Shown: positions 20,401 to 28,785 of the stretch, in pieces
Position numbering within the stretch: position 1 is the stretch's first letter
Layout: the number at the start of each line of letters is the position of its first letter
Assembly (NCBI GenBank): GCA_963805855.1
Contig: CAWDVW010000003.1
Coordinates: 17,151 to 81,150 of the forward strand
From: Candidatus Dadabacteria bacterium
Lineage (GTDB): Bacteria > Desulfobacterota_D > UBA1144 > Nemesobacterales > CSP1-2
Direction: 5' to 3'
Length of the DNA stretch: 64,000 nt
The notes under the pieces: generated by a model
The model's input: the letters and a program-made list of their open reading frames with translations, nothing else
What the model was told of the DNA's origin: nothing
Database searches by the model: none
Program-made: the position numbers and the translations under genes

Positions 20401-22384
20401 CGCTTTTAAACTCACCGTCACAAAGTCAGGTACAGGAACCGGGAGCGTTACAAGCACGCCTGTTGGAGTGAGCTGTGACGAATCGTGTCTAAATGACTCT
20501 GGGGATTTCTTAGCAGGTACTGAAGTAACTCTTACACCCGTGCCGGGGAGTATTTCGGTGTTTACCGGCTGGGGTGGGGATCCTGATTGTGCGGATGGAG
20601 TGGTCACTATGGACGCTAATAAAGTTTGCGCAGCGAATTTTGATACAGCCGCAAATACCTTTACTTTGACAACAATTAAGTCAGGAGAACATCAATCTAA
20701 GCTTATTGTTAGCGATCCACCGGGTATTTCTTGTGGATTTGATTGTACAGAGGATTATGCTGAAAATAGACAAGTGACTCTGTCAACTTCAGGAGACGCG
20801 TCGGTGTTTTTTCTGGGTTGGAGAGGGGATCCCGATTGTGCAGATGGTGTGGTTACTATGGATGCTGATAAGACCTGCATCGGCACTTTTGAATTTGGTT
20901 GTAGCTGCGATTTGGGGGGGGCGATAGTAGGCACAAGCGGGAACGATACTATTAACGGAACAAGCGGGGACGATATCATATGCGGCTTAGAGGGCGACGA
21001 TGTTATAGACGGAAGAGGAGGAGATGACTGCATATATGGGGCCGCTGGTAATGACACGCTCAGGGGTGATCGCGGGAATGATAGCCTTCGGGGAGGACTG
21101 GGCAATGACACTATAGAGGGTGAAAGGGGGCTTGATGAACTGAGAGGCGGGGACGGTGATGATTCTCTTGACGGTGGGCAAGATACGGATCAGCTCTTCG
21201 GAGGGAATGGCATAGATACTTGTTTGAACGGTGAGAGTAATACCGATTGTGAGTTGCCGGCGACTCAACACACACTTACCGTAAGCAAGAGTGGCACTGG
21301 AGGGGGTACAGTTACTAGTAACCCTGCTGGAATAGATTGCGGGGCCGATTGTACAGAGAATTTTATCGAGAATACATCTGTAACCCTTACCGGAACTCCG
21401 GATGCCGGGTCAAGCTTCGCTGGCTGGAGTGGAGACTGCGACGTCAACGGAATGGTTACCATGAATGCAGCTAAAAGCTGCACCGCTACCTTTGATACTA
21501 TACCTGTGCAGCAGTTTACCTTAAACGTAAATGCAATAGGTACGGGATCAGGAACGATAACCAGTAGCCCGTCGGGAATAGACTGCGGCGTTGATTGCGC
21601 AGGGGATTACAATGACGGAACTAACGTTACTCTTACTGCGACGCCAGACGCTGGGTCCACATTTGATGGGTGGGGTGGAGACTGCGACGTTAATGGAATG
21701 GTTACAATGGACGCAGCCAGGAGCTGTAGCGCGACTTTTACAGCTTCCTCACAGCTGTTTACCCTGACTGTCGACCTTAGTGGTACAGGCACAGGTACTG
21801 TAACGAGTAATGCCCCAGGCATTGATTGTGGTATTGATTGTACTGAAGATTATGCTGTTAATACCGACGTTACTCTAACACCGACTCCTGACACAGGTTC
21901 AACATTCGTCGGATGGTCGGGGGATTCAGATTGCTCAGATGGCACGATTATAATGGATGCAAATAAGAATTGTAGCGCCGCATTTGATATTCAATCCCAG
22001 GACCCATGTGACTGTAATAATCCCAATGCAATTCTCGGAACAAGCGGAAATGATACCCTGACCGGCACACGTCAAAGCGATATCATATGCGGTTTCGCTG
22101 GTGATGATACCTTGATCGGTGAAGGTGGAAGCGATTGTCTCTTTGGCGGTGCGGGAAATGATACCATCCAGGGTGATAACGGGGCGGATAATCTCTTTGG
22201 CGGTGATGACAATGATGTCATTCAAGGTGGTAAAGGAAACGATCTTCTGGACGGTGGGAATGGAACAGATGATCTTGATGGCGGGAGGAATACTGACACG
22301 TGTTTAAACGGTGAAACAAATACCAACTGCGAACAATTTAGTAGCTTAAAAACATTATTGCTCCGTTTAGGAGAGGTCGGATGA
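14423..22384 (+). CDS. Giant secreted YD/RHS-repeat protein fused to Cys-rich InlB-B/Flg_new-like repeats, FG-GAP propeller and RTX-type Ca-binding repeats
   Basis: Signal peptide MKSLSKLIFALLAFSTFLGPHNSFA; RHS N-terminal motif VNIFSGNL..LQRTYNS..LGLGW; many YDxxGR/NRL repeats; 13 x LTVxKxGxGxGTVTSxPxGIDCGxDC; FGTTVSISGD repeats; GGxGxD nonapeptides. Confidence 0.9.
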   Translation: MKSLSKLIFALLAFSTFLGPHNSFAFGENYDELGFKKNKTYLRFSPGEYVNIFSGNLLLTHTDLILPGNGGFNLKLQRTYNSKLFADFTNIDNPTISGLTLGSLGLGWDMHFGRISDYGLTVINDPNEFFLQMPDGSIHQIYNNNHPNITSHVGRTYITEDFWIIDYDPATDQYTMMLPDGTEYSFSRRVTNGFSYSFLYVTSIRDKNGNEIAIEYYDCCNMTNNDPDTGIIGTCPDPTNAATITRYIKKVTDSVGREINFTMLNTMCRGNAINSIDANGNVYNYLYFPGDDRPSTTWLHWDGGSGRLLAEVQPPEGPSWQYFYDVDPNDSEPDGELISVTYPSGGVAQYDYETVVFDLLNSPSATSPVQFRMLASRTASGPDITSGTWMFDYDPINTQDITTITDSCGNKEIYEFFGLRAGSFNGGWSIGLLNNKEVRDSVNLIFEADNNMWTPYQISNDGTDPIAETAGIFLPLLDGETITRDGVNFITDFTYNTFYDSPTQIAETGEMSRTTDITYFEDLSAGNYIIGKPLVTTTTVDTESKTIINTYDISGNLLSEDNFGVLTEYSYHPDGNLEWQRNARGFYTHFDQYSFGVAGRIRLGSSDDLASDPTIVESKTINWEGTISSFTNGRGDATSYSYDGLNRLTSITPPPSGEVQTTIEYDNLNARSMIIRKSDSSVQHFLDGFGRPIGTFSTTSVQTEIDYDACGSKVYESLPFDIFTPNVGESFTYDPLGRIKSMTHPDNTKIDLSYSGNSVIVKNERNINTTLNYASFGDPDEKRLSSVLDADNNTTSYEYDLLGNITRVDSPQGNDRVFTYNSKNFLISESHPESGTTMFGHDEIGNVTSKTNADGSSIDFQYDRLNRLTLVDHPSGEDDVILDYDDASNRTLMESSSASYSYAFQYDQSNRLTREDVNIGVISYSVDFIYDGENNLIQSIYPSGEVVDYTYDADGRILDIPPSAGNFSYHPSGGPTHFDNQIGVSSDFTYDNRSRLKTLQVSRTFPYLLVTKEGLGNGTVTSNPIGIDCGSDCALLEGAEGTEVTLTQTPDPDSNFVSWGGDPDCIDGVVTMIGTKVCIATYVLKANQETLTVTKDGSGTGTVTSSPPGIDCGSDCTENYDVNTEVTLTATPDTGFVFLSWGGDPDCSDGVVTMDANKTCNATFGLQQFTLNVVNLSDGFGSGIITSSPAGISCGGDCSEAYDENTQVTLTPMPDPGSQFGSWSGACDTNGMVTMDSDKSCGATFVKFFTLTIQKNGTGSGTITSNPPGIDCGADCSESYGANSIVSFNITADPGSTFVGWSGPSGCPTSPTSSALMVSDLACTATFELITVHSLTVNKAGTGDGTVTSSPAGIDCGADCTENYNDGTNVTLTVTPDPGSGLTGWSGDADCSDGVVTMDAAKSCTANFTLIIQHPLTVTKEGTGTGTITSSPGGIDCGADCAENYDENTVVTLTATPDAGSIFDGWSGDADCSDDVVTMSASTVCNATFSLSTQQFTLTVSKLGTGSGTVTSNPLGVDCGSDCAENYVESTVVTLTSTPDAGSVFGGWSGGADCSDGVVLMDANKNCTATFDLIPPQQFALTVGVTGSGSGTITSTPAGIDCGADCAENYDGNTQVTLTVTPDAGSIFTIWMGDADCADGVITLDASKTCTAEILLEDQPNQLFVEVEKLPFVPSATVSIEGDLAIVGARSADPSGNTDQGSAFIFERDVNGVWQQVEEITASDGAAGDNFGTTVSISGDWIVVGLAVSDIVTPGHGKQGKAYLFQRDVNGVWSEQGILSAIDGKTNDQYGEQAIIRGDKLAVRAHSADVGADVGRGAVYVYEKDQNDLWNQVAKLSSPVPDQVIADPPDFLFGIDKMAFSGDKLLTQFKSGSFLATVYFDIFERSTSGTWGHAFTKLNLSLRQGGIDGDAAIVGGEVFKRISSSNWAQVQSLGLADAYISGQFALVGSTIYKKQSNGLWSLFQTLDKEGPSDIRGDRLIIEDGNPYIFEFGDAFKLTVTKSGTGTGSVTSTPVGVSCDESCLNDSGDFLAGTEVTLTPVPGSISVFTGWGGDPDCADGVVTMDANKVCAANFDTAANTFTLTTIKSGEHQSKLIVSDPPGISCGFDCTEDYAENRQVTLSTSGDASVFFLGWRGDPDCADGVVTMDADKTCIGTFEFGCSCDLGGAIVGTSGNDTINGTSGDDIICGLEGDDVIDGRGGDDCIYGAAGNDTLRGDRGNDSLRGGLGNDTIEGERGLDELRGGDGDDSLDGGQDTDQLFGGNGIDTCLNGESNTDCELPATQHTLTVSKSGTGGGTVTSNPAGIDCGADCTENFIENTSVTLTGTPDAGSSFAGWSGDCDVNGMVTMNAAKSCTATFDTIPVQQFTLNVNAIGTGSGTITSSPSGIDCGVDCAGDYNDGTNVTLTATPDAGSTFDGWGGDCDVNGMVTMDAARSCSATFTASSQLFTLTVDLSGTGTGTVTSNAPGIDCGIDCTEDYAVNTDVTLTPTPDTGSTFVGWSGDSDCSDGTIIMDANKNCSAAFDIQSQDPCDCNNPNAILGTSGNDTLTGTRQSDIICGFAGDDTLIGEGGSDCLFGGAGNDTIQGDNGADNLFGGDDNDVIQGGKGNDLLDGGNGTDDLDGGRNTDTCLNGETNTNCEQFSSLKTLLLRLGEVG
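17440..21990 (+). repeat. Intragenic ~240-bp Cys-rich domain repeats (13 copies in blocks of 8, 2 and 3)
   Basis: Counted in the translation, each with GIDCGxDC and W[GS]GDxDC-like motifs. Confidence 0.85.
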
Positions 22385-22466
22385 TATTATCTGAGAAAGA
22401 AATTCCATTAAGTTCGCTGATACGTACTGGGAGACATCAACCTATAGGAGGTCGAAGGATAGATAA

Positions 22467-22850
22467 ATGTTAGGTCTAATTTTATGCTGGATTGTTTCCT
22501 TAGTGCTGGCCCTTGTTTTGGTGTTTATTGTCTTAACATAGGAAGTTTAAAAAATAGGGACAATGGGCGTGACTACTCGTTACGGCGGATCATATTCTGT
22601 AGGTCTCACGGCAATAACATTTCCCTGTTCATTACAGCTTCTCGTGGGGACATTGATCTTTCAATTTGAATTTGCTTGACGTGTACCTCAGGGCGGTGAG
22701 GCTTTGTTTATTTGTTTATCTAGACTGTTAACGTCTTCCCTTTCTTTGACTCTCAAACCGAGGATTCGTGCACGTTGAGGCTCTTACAATCCTTTACTGC
22801 GGGGTGATGTTGCTCAGGATAACCTATTTGCGAGGCATTGGAGTTCGTTA
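22467..22850 (+). pseudogene. Possible decayed small membrane-protein gene
   Basis: MLGLILCWIVSLVLALVLVFIVLT then several in-frame stops, with hydrophobic segments continuing in the same frame. Confidence 0.3.
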
Positions 22851-23132
22851 GATTAGTAAGGAGTTGGGAATGATGTAGTATTACGAGAACATATTAGGTG
22901 TTCGTAAAAATAACTATATAAACAAAGAATCAAATAAACAATGCCGGACTCCAACTTCTCTTCTTAAAGTTTGGGCCCAAAGCGGGTTGCATCCCCTTTA
23001 CTTATGAGGCGTTCGAGGTTTGATTTTATGATCGAAGTGTTTTTTGTTGAGAGATGTAAAAACGGCTGTCTCTAAGTTAACATATATGCGTAAAAAAATA
23101 TAAGTGGGAGCGTTACTGCAGCTGGAGGAAAC

Positions 23133-24122
23133 ATGAGCGGAGAAATAATACGGTTTGTAACGAAAAAACTACTGGACAACAAAGAGCCTATAACATTTGA
23201 TGAGGCTTACAGACTAGCTCTTCTTGGCGAGGAGCACTTACTTGACCTGGTCAGCCTTTCTTATAAGGTTATGGGGGCATATAAGGGCAAGGGTATCCAT
23301 TTGTGTGGCATTATGAGTGCAAAAACCGGGAATTGTCCTGAGGACTGTGCTTTTTGTTCCCAATCCATTCACAGTGAGGGACCAACGCTTGTTTCCTCAA
23401 TTATCGATCCCTCTCTTATACTCGAGTCAGCAAAAGAGGCAGAAAAATCTGGAGCCACTGAGTTTTGTATTGTAACAAGTGGTAAGGGACCGGACAAAAA
23501 AACCTTTAGAAAAGTTATCGATGCTGTCGAGTTAATCCACCGCTATACCAATCTCAGTATTGGATGTTCCCTTGGGATATTAGCAGGAGAACAAGCAAAA
23601 CTTCTTTCGAAAGCAGGAGTAAACCGATATAATCATAATCTTGAAACATCGCGAAGCTTCTTTCCTCATATTTGTACTACTCACAGCTATGAAGAGCGTG
23701 TTAAGACTGCGACTTTGGTCAAGGAAGAAGGAATGGAGCTATGTTGCGGGGGGATCCTGGGCATGGGAGAATCACTTGAACAAAGAGTTGAGTTTGCCTT
23801 TGAACTTCGAGATCTCGACCCTGCTTTAGTGCCTATAAACTTTCTTAATCCACGTCCTGGAACTGCTTTAGCTACGGAGTCTCCACTCACACCGATCGAA
23901 GCGATAAAAAGTATAGCCCTATTTAGGCTTATCCTTCCACAAAGTATTCTAATATGTGCGGGAGGAAGAGAGGTTGTCCTTAGAGAACTTCAGCCTTTGG
24001 CTTTGCTTGCCGGTGCGAACGGCCTCATAACAGGGAATTATCTCACAACACAAGGACGTTCAACGAAAGAGGACTTACAGATGCTTAGGGATTTAAATAT
24101 GTCTCCAGTGAAACTTAACTGA
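23133..24122 (+). CDS. bioB: Biotin synthase
   Basis: Radical SAM CPEDCAFC, YNHNLETS, CCGGILGMGE, VPINFL, GNYLTT. Confidence 0.95.
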   Translation: MSGEIIRFVTKKLLDNKEPITFDEAYRLALLGEEHLLDLVSLSYKVMGAYKGKGIHLCGIMSAKTGNCPEDCAFCSQSIHSEGPTLVSSIIDPSLILESAKEAEKSGATEFCIVTSGKGPDKKTFRKVIDAVELIHRYTNLSIGCSLGILAGEQAKLLSKAGVNRYNHNLETSRSFFPHICTTHSYEERVKTATLVKEEGMELCCGGILGMGESLEQRVEFAFELRDLDPALVPINFLNPRPGTALATESPLTPIEAIKSIALFRLILPQSILICAGGREVVLRELQPLALLAGANGLITGNYLTTQGRSTKEDLQMLRDLNMSPVKLN

Positions 24123-24492
24123 AAAATAGGTGGCAAAGATCGGAGCGAATAGGTTTCTCTGTCTCAGCCTCCTATTTTATTAGAAGATTCATAAATTAAA
24201 GGAGCTGAACCATTTATTTGGAATTTGATTTCTCGGTTAGACGTCCTTGCGATCTGTAGTCTAATATTCTCTACACTTTCTTTTCGAATGGCATAATGAA
24301 TTCATCGTAAAACTGCAGGGCAATCCTTTCATTGTGTTCTCCGTTAATAATTGGGCTTTCAGGGGTTGATTACTGTCGGCTGCGTATATGTATAAAGTTT
24401 AGCGCGAAAAGGGGTTGCATTCCCTTTGATTTCTGTTTGTGAGTTCTATAACCCCTGTTTTTGGTATAAGGAAATGAATTAGTAATCTAAAA

Positions 24493-25228
24493 CTACGAGA
24501 CTATCTTTACCTCTCCGGTTTTGAGATCGTAATTTGCGCCTACAATTTTTACCTTTCCTTCCTTCACCATGTCAGCTATTACAGGAACCGACCCATTCAG
24601 CTTATTAACCCCCATTTTTACGTTCGATAATATAGAATTTTCTAGAAGATCACCAGGCTGACCTTTCACGGCTTCGACCGCGGGTTTAATTGTGGTTACG
24701 ATATTATTTATGGAACCCGGGAATTTTGTACCCTTCTCGAGAGCTTCGATAGCCCCAGCAACGGCTCCGCATCTGCTGTGTCCGAGCACCATTATCAACG
24801 GGGCTCCAAGGACTAAAGCCCCGTATTCGATACTGCCCAATACCCCGTAGTTTGCGGCATTGACAATGTTTCCGGCCACGCGTACGACAAAGATATCCCC
24901 TAGTCCCTGATCAAAATAATCTCGGGGGGAACACGAGAATCGGCACATGCAAGGATCACGGCGAAGGGATTTTGCCCCTCGGCTACTTCTATTCGACGCT
25001 CTTCCCTTCTTCCGGGATGTCCTGATATAGCTTCTTTGATATACCTCTTATTACCTTCCATAAGTTTGTTCAGGGCTTGATCTCCGTTTTCTACGGAGGT
25101 CGACGGGCCCGCTTGTGCTTCAGCAATAGAAAGCGCCCCATATCAAAATTCAGTAGCCCCACGCCTAGCGTGCTCACTCCTGCGAGTTGTATAAACTTAC
25201 GTCTTGAGAAACCAGAGTTATCGAGCAT
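24493..25228 (-). pseudogene. Tat-exported beta carbonic anhydrase with two single-base deletions in T runs; probably intact in vivo
   Basis: AAGGAGG SD then MLDNSGFSRRKFIQ. Adding one base at 25130-25132 and one at 24913-24916 gives 245 aa with LMEGNKRY, CADSRVPPE, FDQGLGDIFVVRVAGN, GHSRCGAV. Confidence 0.9.
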
Positions 25229-25373
25229 AGAATCTTCCTCCTTTATAACTTTATCTTGGATCAGTCTTTATGAAAAGCTGGAAACTCCTATTTTTATGAT
25301 TATTGACCTAACCGTATTCGTACCATAAAAAAAAAGCGGAAGCAACCCTTTGTATGCAAAACTATAAAGGTGC

Positions 25374-25512
25374 ACGTAACACTTTATTTAGAATTCAATT
25401 TCTCCGTTGTTATTAATTGTGGCCAAGTGGTCTAAAATTTGCGCCGGCATTTACTCACATGGCATAATGACTTTCTCGGACCTGTCCTGTAATCCTTATC
25501 TTCGTGTTAGTC
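25374..25512 (-). other. attC-like imperfect inverted repeat
   Basis: Minus strand GACTAACAC...GTGTTACGT (139 bp) after the 101-aa gene; GTTAGAC precedes that gene at 25932-25926. Confidence 0.35.
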
Positions 25513-25576
25513 GTTGTTGATTATTATCAGTCCGTCATATATATAAGGTTGACCTCCTAATAGAGGTGCAACCTGA

Positions 25577-25882
25577 CTACTTCTTCCGGCGACGCTGATA
25601 TATATGCAACGCGATCCAGGGCAGCAACCCCAGCGCGGCTATAAAGGCGGCCGAGTCGTCCAGGGCTCTTTTCCAGAGAAGGGTGCTCTCGTCTGCCATA
25701 AACAGCATCGATAGAGCGACCAACGTGTAGAAGACGGGACCTAGGAGAACAATTCGAGTGGGCTTTTTGCTTCGTCGTTTCAGCAAGATGAGCGCTTCAA
25801 TAAGGAACCCAACGCCCGCGATGGCTAGCATTACCGTGCCAACTAGGATTGTGGTAAGACCATAAAATCCAATGTCGCTCAT
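25577..25882 (-). CDS. Small hypothetical membrane protein (3 TM)
   Basis: 101-aa ORF with three hydrophobic segments and basic loop and tail. Confidence 0.7.
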   Translation of the reverse strand: MSDIGFYGLTTILVGTVMLAIAGVGFLIEALILLKRRSKKPTRIVLLGPVFYTLVALSMLFMADESTLLWKRALDDSAAFIAALGLLPWIALHIYQRRRKK

Positions 25883-26496
25883 GATGCACGGGAAGTCTCG
25901 ATATATATGCCTGCTATGCTTGGTAGTCTAACGAAAAATTATGCGAACTGAAGTTTTTATTAACACCTCGATATCGGATGCTATTCGAACCAGCCTATCA
26001 CTATTTCTTTCGGTTGTAAATAAAATGGGGAGGCACGCCTTTATTTAAAATTTCATTTCCCGTCGGAGGCCGTTGCGAACTCTAGTCTAAATTCGCACTA
26101 CAATCTTTTCACATGTCATGATGAATTCATCGGAACCACACTTCAAGCCTTTCTTGGTGTTTCTCGGGGGTAATATTCCTATAGGGTCTTGATTGTTACC
26201 GGTCATGGTATAGATAAATAGGGTTTACCCGTAATCCGCGTGGCAGCCCTTAATTCAACAACAGCGATTAGAAGACAACCCGGAAACCAATCTCACGCGA
26301 TAAATAACGGTTTTCTTTACACTCTAGGAATTTGACAACAGAATAAAGGTCTGTCACTAGTTATTTCACGTTATTACAGGTTATTTTGAAACGGATCGGA
26401 CCTTCATTGACCAGCATAATTGAAATAAGGATATATCACCCCCTCATATTCGCACTAGTAAATAGCTCACATCGGCGAAATAATCGGAGGAACAGT

Positions 26497-28055
26497 TTGT
26501 CACGGAAACGTCCCATTGCCCATTCAACTGAATCAAGTGTCAGTCTGGATGAAGAGCGTCGAGAGTTTGCTAAGCTACAAAGACGGCTTGTCCCAATTTA
26601 TCGAGACATTTTCCCCGATCGGGTAGCGCCTCGCACGGTCATTATCATACCAAGCCTCTCATTAGACGAAGATGTGTTATCAAAGGTGCCGGGCGTTCAC
26701 CATTATGAGGAACGTATGCTCTGCCTGCTCATTCTTTTGCGAATGCCACGCACGAAACTTGTTTTCGTGACCAGCCGGCCCATCCAAGACTCCATTATTG
26801 ACTACTATTTGCACCTGTTACCCGGTATCCCCAGCAGGCATGCGCGCAGTCGGCTCACTCTTTTAAGTTGTTATGATGCGTCCCCTATACCCTTAACTCA
26901 GAAAATATTGGAGCGCCCGCGATTGTTGGAGGACATTCGCGCGGCTATTCTCGATCCTCTATCCGCCCACATAACCTGCTATAATTCGACCAATTTGGAA
27001 CGCACCCTTGCCCTGCGTCTTGGAGTTCCTCTTTACGCCTGTGACCCTGACCTCATATATTTGGGCTCAAAAAGCAACAGTCGAGAAACATTTCGGTCCG
27101 CCGGAGTAGATATGCCCGAAGGGGTCGAGAATCTTCGAGATGAACAGGACATAGTCAATTCACTAACCCTATTAAAACAAGAGAATCCGTCTTTAAAACG
27201 GGCGGTTTTAAAGCTGAACGACGGCTTCTCCGGCGAGGGAAACGCCCTATTTGACTACGACATTGACGATGCCGACTTTTCTGCGAGTCATCTGACGAAA
27301 AGAATTAGCGGCGAACTTACCGAACCGAATTCGTTTTGAAGCGGCTGGAGAAACCTGGGAGGAGTATATTGGCAAATTTCGGGAGATGGGTGGGATCGTC
27401 GAGTGACTGGATTGATGCTAAAGAGAAGCGATCGCCTTCGTTTCAATGCCGGATTGACCCTTTGGGTGAGGTGGAAGTCCTATCGACGCACGACCAGGTT
27501 TTAGGTGGACCGAACGGCCAGATTTATCTCGGGTGTTCGTTCCCGGCTGATGAAGTCTACCGATTGGAAATTCAGGAAGCAGGCCTAAAGATTGCGGGGA
27601 TTCTAAAGCAAAAAGGGGTTCTTAACATATTCGGTGTCGACTTTATCTCCGTTAAGTCGGGCAACCGGTGGAAGCATTACGCACTCGAGATAAATCTTCG
27701 CAAAGGGGGCACAACCTTTCCGTATCTGGCACTCCAATTCTTAACGGACGGCTGTTACGATCCTGAAACGGGCCTGTTTCGATTAATCAACGGTCAGCCC
27801 CGTTTCTACTACGCCTCAGACAACCTCCAGAAGGCACGATATAAAGGCTTGGTACCCGATGATTTGATCGACATGATGGTGTATAACCAGCTCCATTTTG
27901 ACAGTGCGTCACAACAGGGTGTCGTTTTTCACCTCATGGGAGCTTTATCGGAATTTGGAAAATTCGGGGTCACCTGCATTGGAGAGAATCCTGAACGAGC
28001 CCAGGAGCTTTACACCGCGACAATGGCTGCTCTCGATCGATCGAGACGATCGTAG
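26497..28055 (+). pseudogene. PGM1-related ATP-grasp peptide ligase, split by two +1 indels
   Basis: HYEERML, LGSKSNSR, KLNDGFSGEGNA, STHDQVLGG, EINLRKGGTT. A bridging third-frame peptide RIRFEAAGETWEEYIGKFREMGGIVE lies between ~27318 and ~27404. GGAGG SD before TTG 26497. Confidence 0.85.
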
Positions 28056-28302
28056 TAACAGCTTTGTACTTCTCAATCACCTCATTCCGACGGAAATTTT
28101 CTGCCTCAATTATTTTCCTATGCAGGCGCTACAGCAGTTAGATTAAGAAAAACGACAGCAATTAGTTTTATTGATAATATGGAATTAGACTTCATGCGCG
28201 GGCTTTCATATACGAATATGTCCTGATAATTTTATAGCTCTCCGTGGTTAGGGGGGAAACAACCTTTATTTAATACAAGCCCGAGAACACTCTATTTAGC
28301 GT

Positions 28303-28728
28303 TTAAAGTAACGGACCCTCGTTCTCAATTATGCTTGCTACATCCGCCAACTCTTTGCCCAGAAGAGTGATAATGTCATCAAGAGTTATTATTCCTACCA
28401 GATTCCCTTCCGCATTGACCACCGGAAATCTCCTAACCGCACTTTTCTTTACCTGCTCTAGTGCTTCAAATAACCCCGTATCTTCTCTCAGTATCAAAAC
28501 AAGCTCCCATGTCATTACATCATCAATGGGAGCCGTGTTCGGATCTAAGTTTTTACTCAAAACTCTAAGAAGAATGTCTCTATCGGTTACGATACCAAAC
28601 TTTTCTCCTTCACCATCAATTACCACACTACCGATATTTTTTTCCTCCATTAACTTGGCTACCTCTTTTACCGTAGTGCCGGATTTTACGGTCACAACTT
28701 CCTTACGGCACAGATTTCTCAAACTCAT
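28303..28728 (-). CDS. CBS-domain protein
   Basis: Two CBS motifs (GIVTDRDI, GIITLDDI); AAGGAGG SD before ATG 28728. Confidence 0.9.
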   Translation of the reverse strand: MSLRNLCRKEVVTVKSGTTVKEVAKLMEEKNIGSVVIDGEGEKFGIVTDRDILLRVLSKNLDPNTAPIDDVMTWELVLILREDTGLFEALEQVKKSAVRRFPVVNAEGNLVGIITLDDIITLLGKELADVASIIENEGPLL

Positions 28729-28768
28729 ATCTACCTCCTTCCCACGAGATGCCACACTTTTGAAAAAT

Positions 28769-28785
28769 TGCAATTAACATGCCAA
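28769..28785 (-). promoter_or_regulatory. Sigma54 -24/-12 promoter
   Basis: Minus strand TTGGCATGTTAATTGCA, with exact GG-N10-GC spacing, 40 bp upstream of the CBS gene. Confidence 0.72.

Noticed and set aside
17440-21990. Repeats as a DGR, shufflon or CRISPR-like array
   Set aside because: They are in-frame protein domain repeats with mainly synonymous divergence; no RT or invertase nearby and no adenine-specific pattern noticed.
24204-24242. Second attC after the carbonic anhydrase gene (GTCTAAC...GTTCAGC on minus)
   Set aside because: Only about 40 bp between the boxes, too short for attC, with poor pairing.
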